From: Bacteroidota bacterium
GTDB taxonomy: Bacteria > Bacteroidota > Rhodothermia > Rhodothermales > UBA10348
Assembly: GCA_022571255.1 (NCBI GenBank)
Contig: JACZYD010000002.1
Span: 7,010 to 71,009 of the forward strand
Direction: 5' to 3'
Length of the DNA stretch: 64,000 bases
Shown here: positions 1-9,339 of the stretch, piece after piece
Layout of the letters: each line of letters opens with the position of its first letter
How positions within the stretch are numbered: the first letter of the stretch is position 1
Made by a program: the position numbers and the translations under genes
Notes under the pieces: generated by a model
What the model was told of the DNA's origin: nothing
What the model saw: only the letters and a program-made list of their open reading frames with translations
Database searches by the model: none

Positions 1-200
1 GCTGTCTGATCGGCACCCAGCGACGGCGACCAGCCCGAGTAGTTCAGAAGCGAATCAAAGTGGCGCAGTCCGGCCTCACCAGATGTCTCATCAATCAGAG
101 ACTGAAAAATCGCATCGTCGATCAGCGGCGACGACTGAGAAAGTGCAGGATCAGGAGGAGTAAGGGCAAAGAGTGTCGTCAGAGCAATGAGACAGCGCAT
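1..200 (-). CDS. hypothetical secreted protein, N-terminal fragment (gene continues past the left edge)
   Basis: Absent from the ORF track because there is no stop inside the window. The reverse strand from the ATG at 200-198 reads MRCLIALTTLFALTPPDPALSQSSPLIDDAIFQSLIDETSGEAGLRHFDSLLNYSGWSPSLGADQ. The start looks like a signal peptide. Its ATG overlaps the TGA of the upstream PD40 gene (TGATG). Confidence 0.4.
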   Translation of the reverse strand, partial: MRCLIALTTLFALTPPDPALSQSSPLIDDAIFQSLIDETSGEAGLRHFDSLLNYSGWSPSLGADQT

Positions 201-1318
201 CAGGAAGGCCTTCTGCTGGACGGACCTACATCCAAGGACGAGATATCCATCACGAATGTGTAAAGATCTGCCATGAAATGTTCACCCGTACTTCTGGTGA
301 ACAACATTTTCGTACCGTCCGGGGAAACCAACGGAAAGCCGTCAAAACTATCATTGAACGTCAGACGAACAGGGTCGCTGCCATCGAGACTGCCAAGATA
401 AATTTCCCAGTTCATCGGATCGTCGAGAAGCGGCCTTACGAACACATAATGTTTTCCGTCCGGCGTGGGATACGGTGCCCAGTTCATCCAGTCATCGTGC
501 GTTCTAACCACCACTTCTCCACTGTTCGTATCGAGAGTAAAAACGGTCATCGGTGTCGGAGACGTATCATGTTCTGACCGTTTCCATGCCCGCATGGTAA
601 TTGTTTTATTATCTGGAAGGAAAAACGGCGCTCCTTCCTGCCAGTCATCCGTGAATGTAAGCTGCTTTTCACCGGTCCCGTCAGCTTTCATCATCCAGAT
701 ATCAAGTTTGCCCTCTATCTGGCGTGTAAAAACGATTCGCTCACCATCCGGGCGTACCGAAATCTCTGCGTCATAAAACTCATTGGAAGTCAGACGTTTT
801 ACATTACCCCCATCAAGGTCGGACATGTATAGTTCTGCTCCCTGCGGGTAATCCGTTTCGTCAGACCAGTTTCCAACCGGTATATCCAAATGGTCACGTG
901 TGGATGTATACACAACGTGTTTTCCGTCGGGCATGATAAAAGAGCACGCATCCTGTCCGTGATCATTCAGGCGCCATTTTAATTTTCCATCATCCGTCGT
1001 GATCCATGTCAGGGCGCCTCCGGCCGCCCGAGCGTGGGACGGCGGCACCGCATCATCGTCCTGTGTCTGCACAATCACAAGATAACTGTCAGGGCCATAA
1101 TAGGCTTCAGCAGATTCAGGCATATTGGAAATTTGCCATATCGGTAATTCTTGTTCATGCATTTTGGCAGGCGTCACGAGCGAATAATCCGTGCCCACTG
1201 CAGCACCCGGCTCAGGCGCTTCAATTTCCCCGACGGTTCCCCGGGAGCCGTCACCACAGGCTGAAAGTATCAGGGCAAGACCCATGATCAATAAACCTGG
1301 CGTCCGTGAAGTCTTCAT
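200..1318 (-). CDS. TolB-like periplasmic beta-propeller lipoprotein (PD40 repeats)
   Basis: 372-aa ORF with lipobox LILSACG. PD40-type segments recur: RPDGERIVFT, DIWMMKADGTGEKQLTF, TPDGKHYVFV, SPDGTKMLFTRS. Confidence 0.8.
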   Translation of the reverse strand: MKTSRTPGLLIMGLALILSACGDGSRGTVGEIEAPEPGAAVGTDYSLVTPAKMHEQELPIWQISNMPESAEAYYGPDSYLVIVQTQDDDAVPPSHARAAGGALTWITTDDGKLKWRLNDHGQDACSFIMPDGKHVVYTSTRDHLDIPVGNWSDETDYPQGAELYMSDLDGGNVKRLTSNEFYDAEISVRPDGERIVFTRQIEGKLDIWMMKADGTGEKQLTFTDDWQEGAPFFLPDNKTITMRAWKRSEHDTSPTPMTVFTLDTNSGEVVVRTHDDWMNWAPYPTPDGKHYVFVRPLLDDPMNWEIYLGSLDGSDPVRLTFNDSFDGFPLVSPDGTKMLFTRSTGEHFMADLYTFVMDISSLDVGPSSRRPS

Positions 1319-1652
1319 TGCTGCTCGATCTGCCTGCGGAGATTTCTGATTGTTGTGGCTCGCTGAATATCATGGCCAGTTAACACGAACTGCGTCCTGC
1401 CATTGGATATTTTCCTCCAACAAAGCAAAAGACGCGCAGTGCAACAGCGTTACATTATTGTCTGATCACGCTGCCGGGATGAAAATATACCCGTCCCTTC
1501 GGGTAGTGCCTGCGAACGGGCCCTGATCAAGATGAGAATTTGGGAAAACGAATGCAAATGGTCCCATAACCGATTCGACCTTATAATCCATCGGGCATTT
1601 TACATGTGTACATACCCTGTTCAATACCCGGTTCAACATCGGCAAATAAAGA

Positions 1653-2627
1653 ATGCACCCGACTACCGTTTTGTACCTCAGTCGCACTGACGTCGAAAGC
1701 GTCGGTGTATCCATGTCTGACATCGTTGATGCCGTCCAGGATATGTTCAAGGAGAAGGGCGAAGGGCGCGTCGAAATGCCGGCCAAACCAGGAATCCACA
1801 CACGCGAAAATGCTTTTATTCATGCCATGCCGGCGTACATACCCGGTATACAATCTGCAGGAATAAAGTGGATTTCCGGTTATCCCGACAATCAAAAAAA
1901 GAATCTCCCCTATGTAAACGGTCTTCTGATCCTTAACGACACGGATACCGGCATCCCGATCGCCATAATGGACGCAACATGGATCACGGCGCAACGCACC
2001 GGAGCTGCGACGGCGGTCGCGGCAAAATACCTGGCTCGCAAGGACAGTTCGAGCGTGGGCATTCTGGCTTGTGGTGTACAGGGCAGGAGCAATCTCGAAG
2101 CGCTGTCTTGTGTTTTCAAAATCAGCATGGTCAAAGCATTTGATATTTACCCCGATGTGGCTGCCAGATTTGCGTGTGAAATGGCAGAAGTCGTACAGAC
2201 GAAGATAGAAGTTGTGAACAATCCCAGGGAAGCGGTCGTGGACATGGACCTCATAGTTACAAGCGGCCCGATCCTGAAAAATCCGGATCCCGTAATCGAA
2301 GCCGCATGGGTCGCTGAGGGTTCCTTTGCCAGTGCGGTGGATTTTGATTCCTACTGGAAGGGAGAGGCACTCAGGCAGGCGGACAAATTTGCTACGGACG
2401 ACCTAAGCCAGATGGGACATTATCGCAAGTCCGGCTTTTTTAAACAAACGCCCCGTCCATACGCCGACCTGGGTGAAATTGTCGTCGGCACACAACCGGG
2501 AAGAGAAAATGAAAACGAGCGTACGATCTGTATGAATCTCGGTCTTGCTTCGGGCGACATGGCGACAGCGATTCTGATCTACCGAAGGGCCGGCGAGAAA
2601 GGTATCGGAACCAGACTGCCGTTGTGA
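1653..2627 (+). CDS. ornithine cyclodeaminase / mu-crystallin family protein
   Basis: 324 aa. Family-typical stretches include AKPGIH..., IKWISGYPDN and TAQRTGAATAVAAKYLAR, plus the Rossmann motif GILACGVQG. Confidence 0.85.
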   Translation: MHPTTVLYLSRTDVESVGVSMSDIVDAVQDMFKEKGEGRVEMPAKPGIHTRENAFIHAMPAYIPGIQSAGIKWISGYPDNQKKNLPYVNGLLILNDTDTGIPIAIMDATWITAQRTGAATAVAAKYLARKDSSSVGILACGVQGRSNLEALSCVFKISMVKAFDIYPDVAARFACEMAEVVQTKIEVVNNPREAVVDMDLIVTSGPILKNPDPVIEAAWVAEGSFASAVDFDSYWKGEALRQADKFATDDLSQMGHYRKSGFFKQTPRPYADLGEIVVGTQPGRENENERTICMNLGLASGDMATAILIYRRAGEKGIGTRLPL

Positions 2628-2629
2628 TC

Positions 2630-2929
2630 TCACGCGGAATCAATCCCGGATTTCTCTCTTTGGATGCATTGGAGGGCGACGCCATGGAGCTGAGAGATCC
2701 CGAACACGGTTGTCCGCAGACCCTCAATACGTGTCGCTACCTGAACTTTCCGCCGCAAAATCAGCAATCGCCAAGGTAAAAACCTCGTAGCGCTGAACTT
2801 CAATATAAAAGCAGCAACGCGTTCTATGACCCAGAACGGGGCGATAGATCCAATGGCGTAGGGCAAAATACGCCACGCCCACTCTGGTTGCGCGCGCTGC
2901 GTGCGCTTCCCGAGCTGACGTGCCATCAT
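2630..2929 (-). CDS. small hypothetical protein (possibly a membrane protein, possibly not a gene)
   Basis: 99-aa ORF with one hydrophobic stretch (ILPYAIGSIAPFWVIERVAAFIL). No motif recognised and no clear RBS. Confidence 0.2.
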   Translation of the reverse strand: MMARQLGKRTQRAQPEWAWRILPYAIGSIAPFWVIERVAAFILKFSATRFLPWRLLILRRKVQVATRIEGLRTTVFGISQLHGVALQCIQREKSGIDSA

Positions 2930-3087
2930 TAAGACCGAGAACGCGGCGGCGATGAAAAGGAGCTGCCCGTATAAGCGTTATTCAGGGTTTCCTTTGACGC
3001 GTGCCCAGCGTCCTACGCGACGACGGGAAGTGAGCAAAACACCGCAAAAGCAACTGTAACAGGAAAAATAAAATTTCTCATCTGATG

Positions 3088-3129
3088 ATATCCAAGATCC
3101 AATGGAGTGATCCAACTTACTGATCCAAC
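3088..3129 (+). promoter_or_regulatory. cluster of four ATCCAA hexamers; the last three form (A/T)GATCCAA(T/C) direct repeats spaced 13 bp
   Basis: ATCCAA occurs at 3090, 3097, 3110 and 3123. TGATCCAAC occurs at 3108-3116 and 3121-3129. The cluster lies about 200 bp upstream of the CDS at 3329. Confidence 0.25.
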
Positions 3130-3328
3130 CAATATTCAATCATAGTATATAAGAAAAGGGCCCGTTTCAACTGACATACCGTTAGCCCAGGAGCGCACAC
3201 TTCCTGAATAACCTTTCCACATTTTTGTGACATCTCGCTTGAAACACCCGCGTAAACAGGTCGGCAACCAGGGAGCATTGAATCACCCCGGGCCTCGTAT
3301 CAGGCCCGAAAAAAGCAAAAACACGATC

Positions 3329-3841
3329 ATGTATACAAAATCTCAATCATCCACAACCAGCATCGTTGCAGGTATTGTTGCCGCGATCGGCCTTTTTCTT
3401 GCGACGATGGTTTTCGGACAATCCCAGGACGCCGGAAAAACAGACGGTCTACGTAACCGGGAAAAAAATACTACCCAGCAAGGAGAAATTGCTTCGGAAA
3501 TACAAAATATGGCGCCGGAGCAGGGTCGCCGGGGCCGCAGAGGTCGCTGGGGTCGCCGCCTGAAAACCATAGACGAACTTCCCGACAGTGCCCGAACTCT
3601 TACGCTTGAAAACGGGAAAGAGCTTTATTTCCACGAGGGCCAGTTCTATACCTTTGCAGAGTCGCGCTCGAAATACGTCCAGATACCTCAGGCACTGTTC
3701 ACGGCACAGGGCCTGCAGAGAATCACAAACGACCGACGTATGAAGCAGGCAAAAATGCGCCATGCGCGCCAACATCACAGGCATTATCGGCGGTTTCATC
3801 GCGGGCGCCGTTGGACGCAGGAAGTCGCCAGCGCGGGTTAA
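3329..3841 (+). CDS. hypothetical secreted or membrane-anchored Arg/His-rich protein
   Basis: The internal ATG at 3329 gives MYTKSQSSTTSIVAGIVAAIGLFLATMVFGQ (signal or anchor). Basic tracts RRGRRGRWGRR and HHRHYRRFHRGRR follow. No family recognised. The 3227 start in the track adds a non-signal extension. Confidence 0.45.
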   Translation: MYTKSQSSTTSIVAGIVAAIGLFLATMVFGQSQDAGKTDGLRNREKNTTQQGEIASEIQNMAPEQGRRGRRGRWGRRLKTIDELPDSARTLTLENGKELYFHEGQFYTFAESRSKYVQIPQALFTAQGLQRITNDRRMKQAKMRHARQHHRHYRRFHRGRRWTQEVASAG

Positions 3842-3970
3842 CATTTTCCGGAAACGCCCGGTAATGTTCTGTGTAACCGTCCCTTGAGATCGGCGACCGG
3901 TTCATGCGTCCGGCCTCCGTGGCAGAGGCCCGACGGTGAGCCGATCCTGACCGCCGCAAACGTGCGCGTG

Positions 3971-6376
3971 CTAAATATCAACAGCCCGTTTTTTAACCAG
4001 AAACAGCCCTTCTTCGCGGCTGCTCACGGCAATGATACCACTCTTGAAAAACGGATAGTTGCTCCATGAACCTCCGAAACCCGGCTTGTCTTCCCCGTAT
4101 GGAACGGTATCAAAATGTCCAACTTCTATCGGATTTTCAGGGTCTGAGATATCCAGAATCCGCAATCCAGCCTGATAATTCGACTGATACATGAAATTTC
4201 CACGGATGTAGAGATTGTGATCGCTCGCTTTGGAGTCGAGTAAAAACTCTCCGACCAGGTTCGGATCGTCCAACTCTCTCACATCCCAGATCAGCGTCCT
4301 GGTCTGTTCTACAATTCCAGTCACCTCATCCAGTTCATCGTTCATAAAGAAATAATTATGATCCTCAGTCAGCCAGCCCTGATGCGTGTACGCCTGATTC
4401 GGGTAACTGGTATGCGCGAGCGTCTGTGGATTTTTCTTATCCGTCACGTCTGCGATGATAAACGACGATCCGTTGGATGTAAAACAAACCTCACGCCCTG
4501 CATAACGGGTGTCTGTACCCCGATACACCACGCATTGAGAGTCGTGTGTTCCACCTGCGTCCGGGAGCGAATAACATCCTGCAAACTGAGGATTGGTCGG
4601 ATCCTGAATGTTGATCATATGGAGTTGGCCACCACACGTTTCGCCGCCGGATCGATTGCCAACCGCATAGGCAAACCCGGTCTCTTCGTTGATAACGATA
4701 TTGTGGGTACTGTTCACTCCGCTGTAGTGCGCCGTCTCTTCGAACGTAACGGGCATATCGGCTGCAAGCACGTCGCGAAGCTGCCGAAGATCGAAGATCT
4801 GAATGCCGTGTGCGCCGGCGCCGTCCGCGACGATAAATGCGTGATCCTTGTAGACCTTGACATCGCGCCACGTACTTCCCGGCGAAGAAGTCGTTTTCAT
4901 CAACTGGCCCACGTACAAAGGATACTCCGAATTACTGATGTCCACAAACGCAACACCGTCAGTACGCGCCTGCAGAACCCATTCCTTCCCCGTTTTCGGA
5001 TCTTCCCATCCCCAGAGATCCGTCATTTTCACACCCCTTTCGGACGTCAATTCAGACGCGGACAAAAACGAAATCAGATCAACGTTATCACACTGAAACT
5101 CCCCCGCACGTCCGTCTTTACAGTCTACCTGATTTCCGGTAATGGATTCGAGTTGCGAAATTTCACTGATTAACAGTCCGCCCGGCTCCCACGCCCCGGA
5201 TCCCGGGTTTCTCTCATATACGTTGGAGAGTCCCTCTTCATAATCCGCGCCGGGTGACCCGACAACTGCGACTTCTCCGTGTATAGCAAGACCGCTACCA
5301 AAGCTGTTCCGGCTGCGTTCGTCAGGGGCAATAATTTTTAACATGCCTCCGCCGAGAGTACTCGTCGTTGTTGCAAACATTGCTCCACGCGCACCGATGA
5401 TTAGGTATTGACCTGACACTTCAATACCCGAGCCGAATCCTCCCGCCTTTCGTTCGTCATCGGCTGGCTTTTTCTCGGCCAGAACGTCGACAAGGTCGAA
5501 CCCGCCTCCGACCTTTTCTTCATATACATAGACGCGACCAAAATCATCCTGTCTCGGCGCGCTGGCATAAATATATTGACCGTCGATTGCGAGCGCAGTA
5601 CCAAGATTGGCTCCGCGTTTCAGCGTGGGTGGTATGAGGGGATCGGCTTCCGTCCACGTACCATCAGATGTATTCATTTTAAAAACTCGTACCGCTCCGG
5701 CACGATCATTTTCAAGCGTTGATCCCACAACAATCGTGTTCGCATTCGCGGCAATACTCCAACCGAACCCATCTCCACCTTCGACGATCTGACCGGTAAG
5801 AATCGCTTTTTCCTCCCACCCACTCCCCTGAGGATGAAACACATGAACCGCACCTGTATGCGTCTCTCCGTTGTACGAAGTTACTACAATGCGTTGCCCG
5901 GCCATCGCGATGGTACTGTTTCTAAAGCCCGCGCGAGCGTATGCCCCCCCAAATTCAAATCCTTCTCCCACTGTCGGACTCAATTTCCCGGATTCGACCC
6001 ACATTCCATTCGAATCTTGTTGAAACACGTAAGCCGCATTTTGTCCGGGTGCGCCAACGATCAGCATCCCTTTTTCGGCGTGTAATGAGCGTCCGAAATG
6101 GTCTCCGACACTGGCATCTGAAGCCTGCAATCGCTGCACTTCAGTCCATTCTCCGGTTGCATTCTTTCTGAAAACATAAACCGTTCCTGCCGGCTTGTCT
6201 CCCGTTGGCCAACCCACGGGCGCGGATCCCAGAAAAATATTACCTGCATCTACAGCGGCCGAACCCCCGAAACCCCCGTCGAGAAAACCTGAAAAACCCG
6301 GTGAGGTCTGCGCAAATACGGTGAGCGAACAAATCCATGAAAACGTGACAGTTAAAATAATGGATCGTTTGAACAT
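3971..6376 (-). CDS. secreted protein with N-terminal FG-GAP/integrin-like repeats and a C-terminal LVIVD / choice-of-anchor-B-like beta-propeller
   Basis: The ATG at 6376 gives signal peptide MFKRSIILTVTFSWICSLTVFAQ. Repeated G.S.A..G...VGAP......GAVYVF-type units are present (AAYVF, GAVHVF, GAVRVF, GRVYVY). The C-terminal half carries LVIVD-like units (AFIVADGAGAHGIQIFDL, FMYQSNYQAGLRILDISDPENP). Confidence 0.8.
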   Translation of the reverse strand: MFKRSIILTVTFSWICSLTVFAQTSPGFSGFLDGGFGGSAAVDAGNIFLGSAPVGWPTGDKPAGTVYVFRKNATGEWTEVQRLQASDASVGDHFGRSLHAEKGMLIVGAPGQNAAYVFQQDSNGMWVESGKLSPTVGEGFEFGGAYARAGFRNSTIAMAGQRIVVTSYNGETHTGAVHVFHPQGSGWEEKAILTGQIVEGGDGFGWSIAANANTIVVGSTLENDRAGAVRVFKMNTSDGTWTEADPLIPPTLKRGANLGTALAIDGQYIYASAPRQDDFGRVYVYEEKVGGGFDLVDVLAEKKPADDERKAGGFGSGIEVSGQYLIIGARGAMFATTTSTLGGGMLKIIAPDERSRNSFGSGLAIHGEVAVVGSPGADYEEGLSNVYERNPGSGAWEPGGLLISEISQLESITGNQVDCKDGRAGEFQCDNVDLISFLSASELTSERGVKMTDLWGWEDPKTGKEWVLQARTDGVAFVDISNSEYPLYVGQLMKTTSSPGSTWRDVKVYKDHAFIVADGAGAHGIQIFDLRQLRDVLAADMPVTFEETAHYSGVNSTHNIVINEETGFAYAVGNRSGGETCGGQLHMINIQDPTNPQFAGCYSLPDAGGTHDSQCVVYRGTDTRYAGREVCFTSNGSSFIIADVTDKKNPQTLAHTSYPNQAYTHQGWLTEDHNYFFMNDELDEVTGIVEQTRTLIWDVRELDDPNLVGEFLLDSKASDHNLYIRGNFMYQSNYQAGLRILDISDPENPIEVGHFDTVPYGEDKPGFGGSWSNYPFFKSGIIAVSSREEGLFLVKKRAVDI

Positions 6377-6556
6377 GCTATGTACACATGGCTGTTTGTC
6401 CGGAGTTGATTGGTACGGGGCTCTCGTACAGCGAGCCGGTAAGGTACACATAGCCGAACGAATGGAATAAGGCAATTCGTTTGTCTCTAACCGAGTATTC
6501 GTTCTTCCGGTTGTGTCGCTGTGCGTCTTGAGCGAACGCCATTGTGAAGCCTCGGC

Positions 6557-6592
6557 GTCTGCTTCTGCTTCAACGTCTGCCTCTGCTTCAGC
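6557..6592. repeat. 18-bp tandem duplication (x2)
   Basis: gtctgcttctgcttcaac followed by gtctgcctctgcttcagc, upstream of the 6376 start. Confidence 0.7.
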
Positions 6593-6700
6593 AATCCTCA
6601 CGAAAAATCGTTGGAACAGAGTTTAATTTACCGGTAAAAGTTCAGAGACCGTACACCATCGTATGTAAAACACTCCACGCTTCCATAGTACTTCACATCC

Positions 6701-7936
6701 ATGTACTCGATATCTCGAACCATTACTATCACATGCATTTTCTCAGCGTGTTTATTGCCTTTTCGCGTGACAGCCCAATCGATGGACGCAGTTCCACAGT
6801 CCATTCAGGTGGATGTCGTATATCTCGCCTCTGACCTGCTTGAAGGGCGTAAAACAGGGACGCATGGAGAGGAATTGGCTTCAAACTACATTGCGGACCG
6901 TTTCAAAGCCCTTGGACTCTCAGAAGCGGGCTCAGACGGTTGGTTCCAGCCATTTCCTTTCAGCATGAGTGAAAATCCCCATGCCACAGGCAGCGGAGAA
7001 TCTCGAATGGGAAGAAATGTTGTCGGTTTTCTTGATAACGGCGCCGGCACAACGGTCATAATCGGAGCTCATTTTGATCACCTCGGATACGGTGGTGCCG
7101 GCTCGCGCGAGCCGGACACCAATGCGATTCACAATGGCGCCGACGATAATGCCAGCGGCGTTGCGGGGCTGCTCGAAATTGCGCGACAACTCCTCGCCTC
7201 AGGTGCCAGAAACAATAATTACCTGTTTGTGGCTTTTTCCGGAGAAGAACTGGGCCTCATCGGCTCCAAATTCTTTGTGTCGTCGACTCTGAGGAGTGAT
7301 CGCAAAATCAACTACATGATCAATCTCGATATGGTCGGTCGCCTTGGCGAATCACGGGCCATCGCTATAAACGGTACCGGAACATCACCTTCATGGGATG
7401 CTGCGCTTGATGCTGTTGAAACAGATCTGGTTCTCAACAAACACGAATCAGGTCTCGGGCCGTCCGATCACGCGTCGTTTTATCTGGATGACACACCCGT
7501 TATTCACCTGTTTACAGGTCAGCACGAAGACTACCACAAATCAGGCGACGACAGTCAACTGATCAATTATGAGGGTATTTTCCGTGTGGCTTCTTTTTCG
7601 GTAGATCTTATTGAAGAGCTGAACAGCAACGGCGCCTTATCCTTCGAAAAAACAGTCGACGTTTCACAAACCCGGACAGCTTTCAAAGTCTCGCTGGGCG
7701 TAATGCCGGACTACGTTTCGAGCGGAGGCGGTGTGCGCCTTGATGCCGTGATGGACGGGCGCCCTGGCGCTTCGGCCGGTCTTGAAAAGGGTGATATCGT
7801 CATCAAGTTGGGAGATGTCGACGTAACGGATATTAATACCTATATGGAGGCTCTCTCGAAACTGAGTGACGGAGACGTCGTGACAATTGTAATCAGACGT
7901 GGTGATGAAACGATCGAAAAAACGGTTCATTTCTAA
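6701..7936 (+). CDS. M28 family aminopeptidase with C-terminal PDZ domain
   Basis: Zn-ligand motifs HFDHLG, NGADDNASG, FSGEELGLIGS and GPSDHASF. The C-terminus is PDZ-like (GLEKGDIVIKLGDVDVTDINTYMEAL). The N-terminus is a signal peptide. Confidence 0.85.
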   Translation: MYSISRTITITCIFSACLLPFRVTAQSMDAVPQSIQVDVVYLASDLLEGRKTGTHGEELASNYIADRFKALGLSEAGSDGWFQPFPFSMSENPHATGSGESRMGRNVVGFLDNGAGTTVIIGAHFDHLGYGGAGSREPDTNAIHNGADDNASGVAGLLEIARQLLASGARNNNYLFVAFSGEELGLIGSKFFVSSTLRSDRKINYMINLDMVGRLGESRAIAINGTGTSPSWDAALDAVETDLVLNKHESGLGPSDHASFYLDDTPVIHLFTGQHEDYHKSGDDSQLINYEGIFRVASFSVDLIEELNSNGALSFEKTVDVSQTRTAFKVSLGVMPDYVSSGGGVRLDAVMDGRPGASAGLEKGDIVIKLGDVDVTDINTYMEALSKLSDGDVVTIVIRRGDETIEKTVHF

Positions 7937-7956
7937 CCCGACAGTCCATCCTTCTT

Positions 7957-8469
7957 ATGTATTCTATTTCGCTGTTAACGGCCCTCTTCACACACATGCA
8001 ATGGGCCGACGCGGAAGTATGGTCTGCGTTGCTTGATACGAGTGGTGCTGCGAAAGACAAGTACATCGCCAAAACGTTATTTCATATCCGTTTCACTCAC
8101 TACGCATATTCGTGTCTCTTGCGCGGTGAAAGTGTTCCATTTCCCGACCGAAAACAATTCAATTCTTTATCGGAGCCCACAAACTGGGCCAGAACTCACT
8201 ACGCAGACACATCAGAGCTGTTGACCGGTCTGTCAGAAGAAGACTTGGAAGAAGTGGTGCCCGTACCCTGGTCAAACGTGTTTGAGAAAGGAACCGGCTC
8301 GGCCGCGGCCGAAACCACGCGCGGTGATATTCTTTATCAGATCACCGCACACAGCCAGTACCATCGCGCTCAGATCAATCGTCGGATCCGGGAACTGGGC
8401 AAAAAGCCACCGCTCGTCGACTACATCGTCTGGAAGTGGAAACATAATCCGAGCGCCTCCTGGCGCTGA
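7957..8469 (+). CDS. DinB family protein
   Basis: 170 aa. The N-terminus is DinB-like (LFTHMQWADAEVWSALL) and His-containing helices follow (HIRFTHYAY, ITAHSQYHRAQI). Confidence 0.75.
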   Translation: MYSISLLTALFTHMQWADAEVWSALLDTSGAAKDKYIAKTLFHIRFTHYAYSCLLRGESVPFPDRKQFNSLSEPTNWARTHYADTSELLTGLSEEDLEEVVPVPWSNVFEKGTGSAAAETTRGDILYQITAHSQYHRAQINRRIRELGKKPPLVDYIVWKWKHNPSASWR

Positions 8470-8494
8470 TATTTTTTCCGGTTATATTCACGCC

Positions 8495-9316
8495 ATGCCT
8501 GAACAACCCCATATTGCTCCCTGGCGGAAACAACTGCACGAGATAATTTTCGAGGCGGACACTCCGGCGGGTAAACTTTTTGACGTTGTTTTGATCGGGA
8601 CGATCCTCAGTTCCGTCACCGTCGTGATGCTCGAAAGTGTTCAATCGGTGCGGGCAGAATATGGAACCCTACTGGTAAACCTCGAATGGTTTTTCACCAT
8701 TCTGTTCACGGTAGAATATTTCCTCCGGTTGAGTTGCGTACGGCAGCCATCACGCTACGCAACCAGTTTTTTCGGAGTCGTCGACCTGCTTGCTATTCTT
8801 CCAACCTACCTCAGCCTCTTCATCCCCGGGACACGCTACCTGCTGGTAATTCGACTGCTCAGAATTCTGCGGGTTTTCCGGGTACTCAAACTGGTTAATT
8901 ATCTTCGTGAAATCGACGTGCTCGTTCGCGCGCTTCGGGCCAGCCGCCGAAAAATCGTCGTGTTTTTGTTTACCGTCCTGACCATGGTGGTTATTGTGGG
9001 GTCTCTGATGTATTTCATCGAAGGTGAAGAAAATGGCTTTACCAGTATTCCACGGAGTATTTACTGGGCCATCGTGACGCTCACAACGGTTGGTTACGGA
9101 GATATTCTACCCCTTACCGTAGCCGGCCAGACACTCGCCGCGTTTATCATGATCATCGGATACGGCATCATCGCAGTTCCCACGGGAATTGTGACCGCCG
9201 AGCTTACAAGAGCAGAAATAACGACCTCGGTGTCGAGTCAACACTGTTCGAATTGTTCGCGGGAGGGACATAGTGTTGACGCCGAATATTGTAAATTCTG
9301 CGGCGAAAGGCTTTGA
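8495..9316 (+). CDS. voltage-gated (6TM, Kv-like) potassium channel with C-terminal zinc-ribbon
   Basis: The ATG at 8495 avoids overlap with the DinB gene. The S4-like segment is RYLLVIRLLRILRVFRVLKLVNYLRE, the selectivity filter is TTVGYGD, and the terminal motif is CSNCSREGHSVDAEYCKFCGERL. Confidence 0.85.
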   Translation: MPEQPHIAPWRKQLHEIIFEADTPAGKLFDVVLIGTILSSVTVVMLESVQSVRAEYGTLLVNLEWFFTILFTVEYFLRLSCVRQPSRYATSFFGVVDLLAILPTYLSLFIPGTRYLLVIRLLRILRVFRVLKLVNYLREIDVLVRALRASRRKIVVFLFTVLTMVVIVGSLMYFIEGEENGFTSIPRSIYWAIVTLTTVGYGDILPLTVAGQTLAAFIMIIGYGIIAVPTGIVTAELTRAEITTSVSSQHCSNCSREGHSVDAEYCKFCGERL

Positions 9317-9339
9317 AATAATTTGTCGGGTCAACGCGC

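Noticed and set aside
3839-3869. The hairpin AACATT-tt-CCGG-aaacgc-CCGG-t-AATGTT after the gene at 3329-3841, as an intrinsic terminator.
   Set aside because: The stem is short, interrupted and AT-rich, and no T-tract follows on either strand. It is not convincing enough to annotate.
4358-5173. Long ORFs lying antisense or out of frame inside well-supported genes. Examples are 4358-5173 (+), 20426-20977 (-), 25734-26417 (+), 36995-37735 (-), 41087-41632 (-), 42824-43327 (-), 44657-45310 (-), 46191-46820 (+) and 47709-48395 (-).
   Set aside because: Each lies fully within a longer ORF on the other strand or frame that carries clear family motifs. Their translations are Arg/Ser/Cys-rich with no recognisable motif. 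They are typical shadow ORFs at this GC content.
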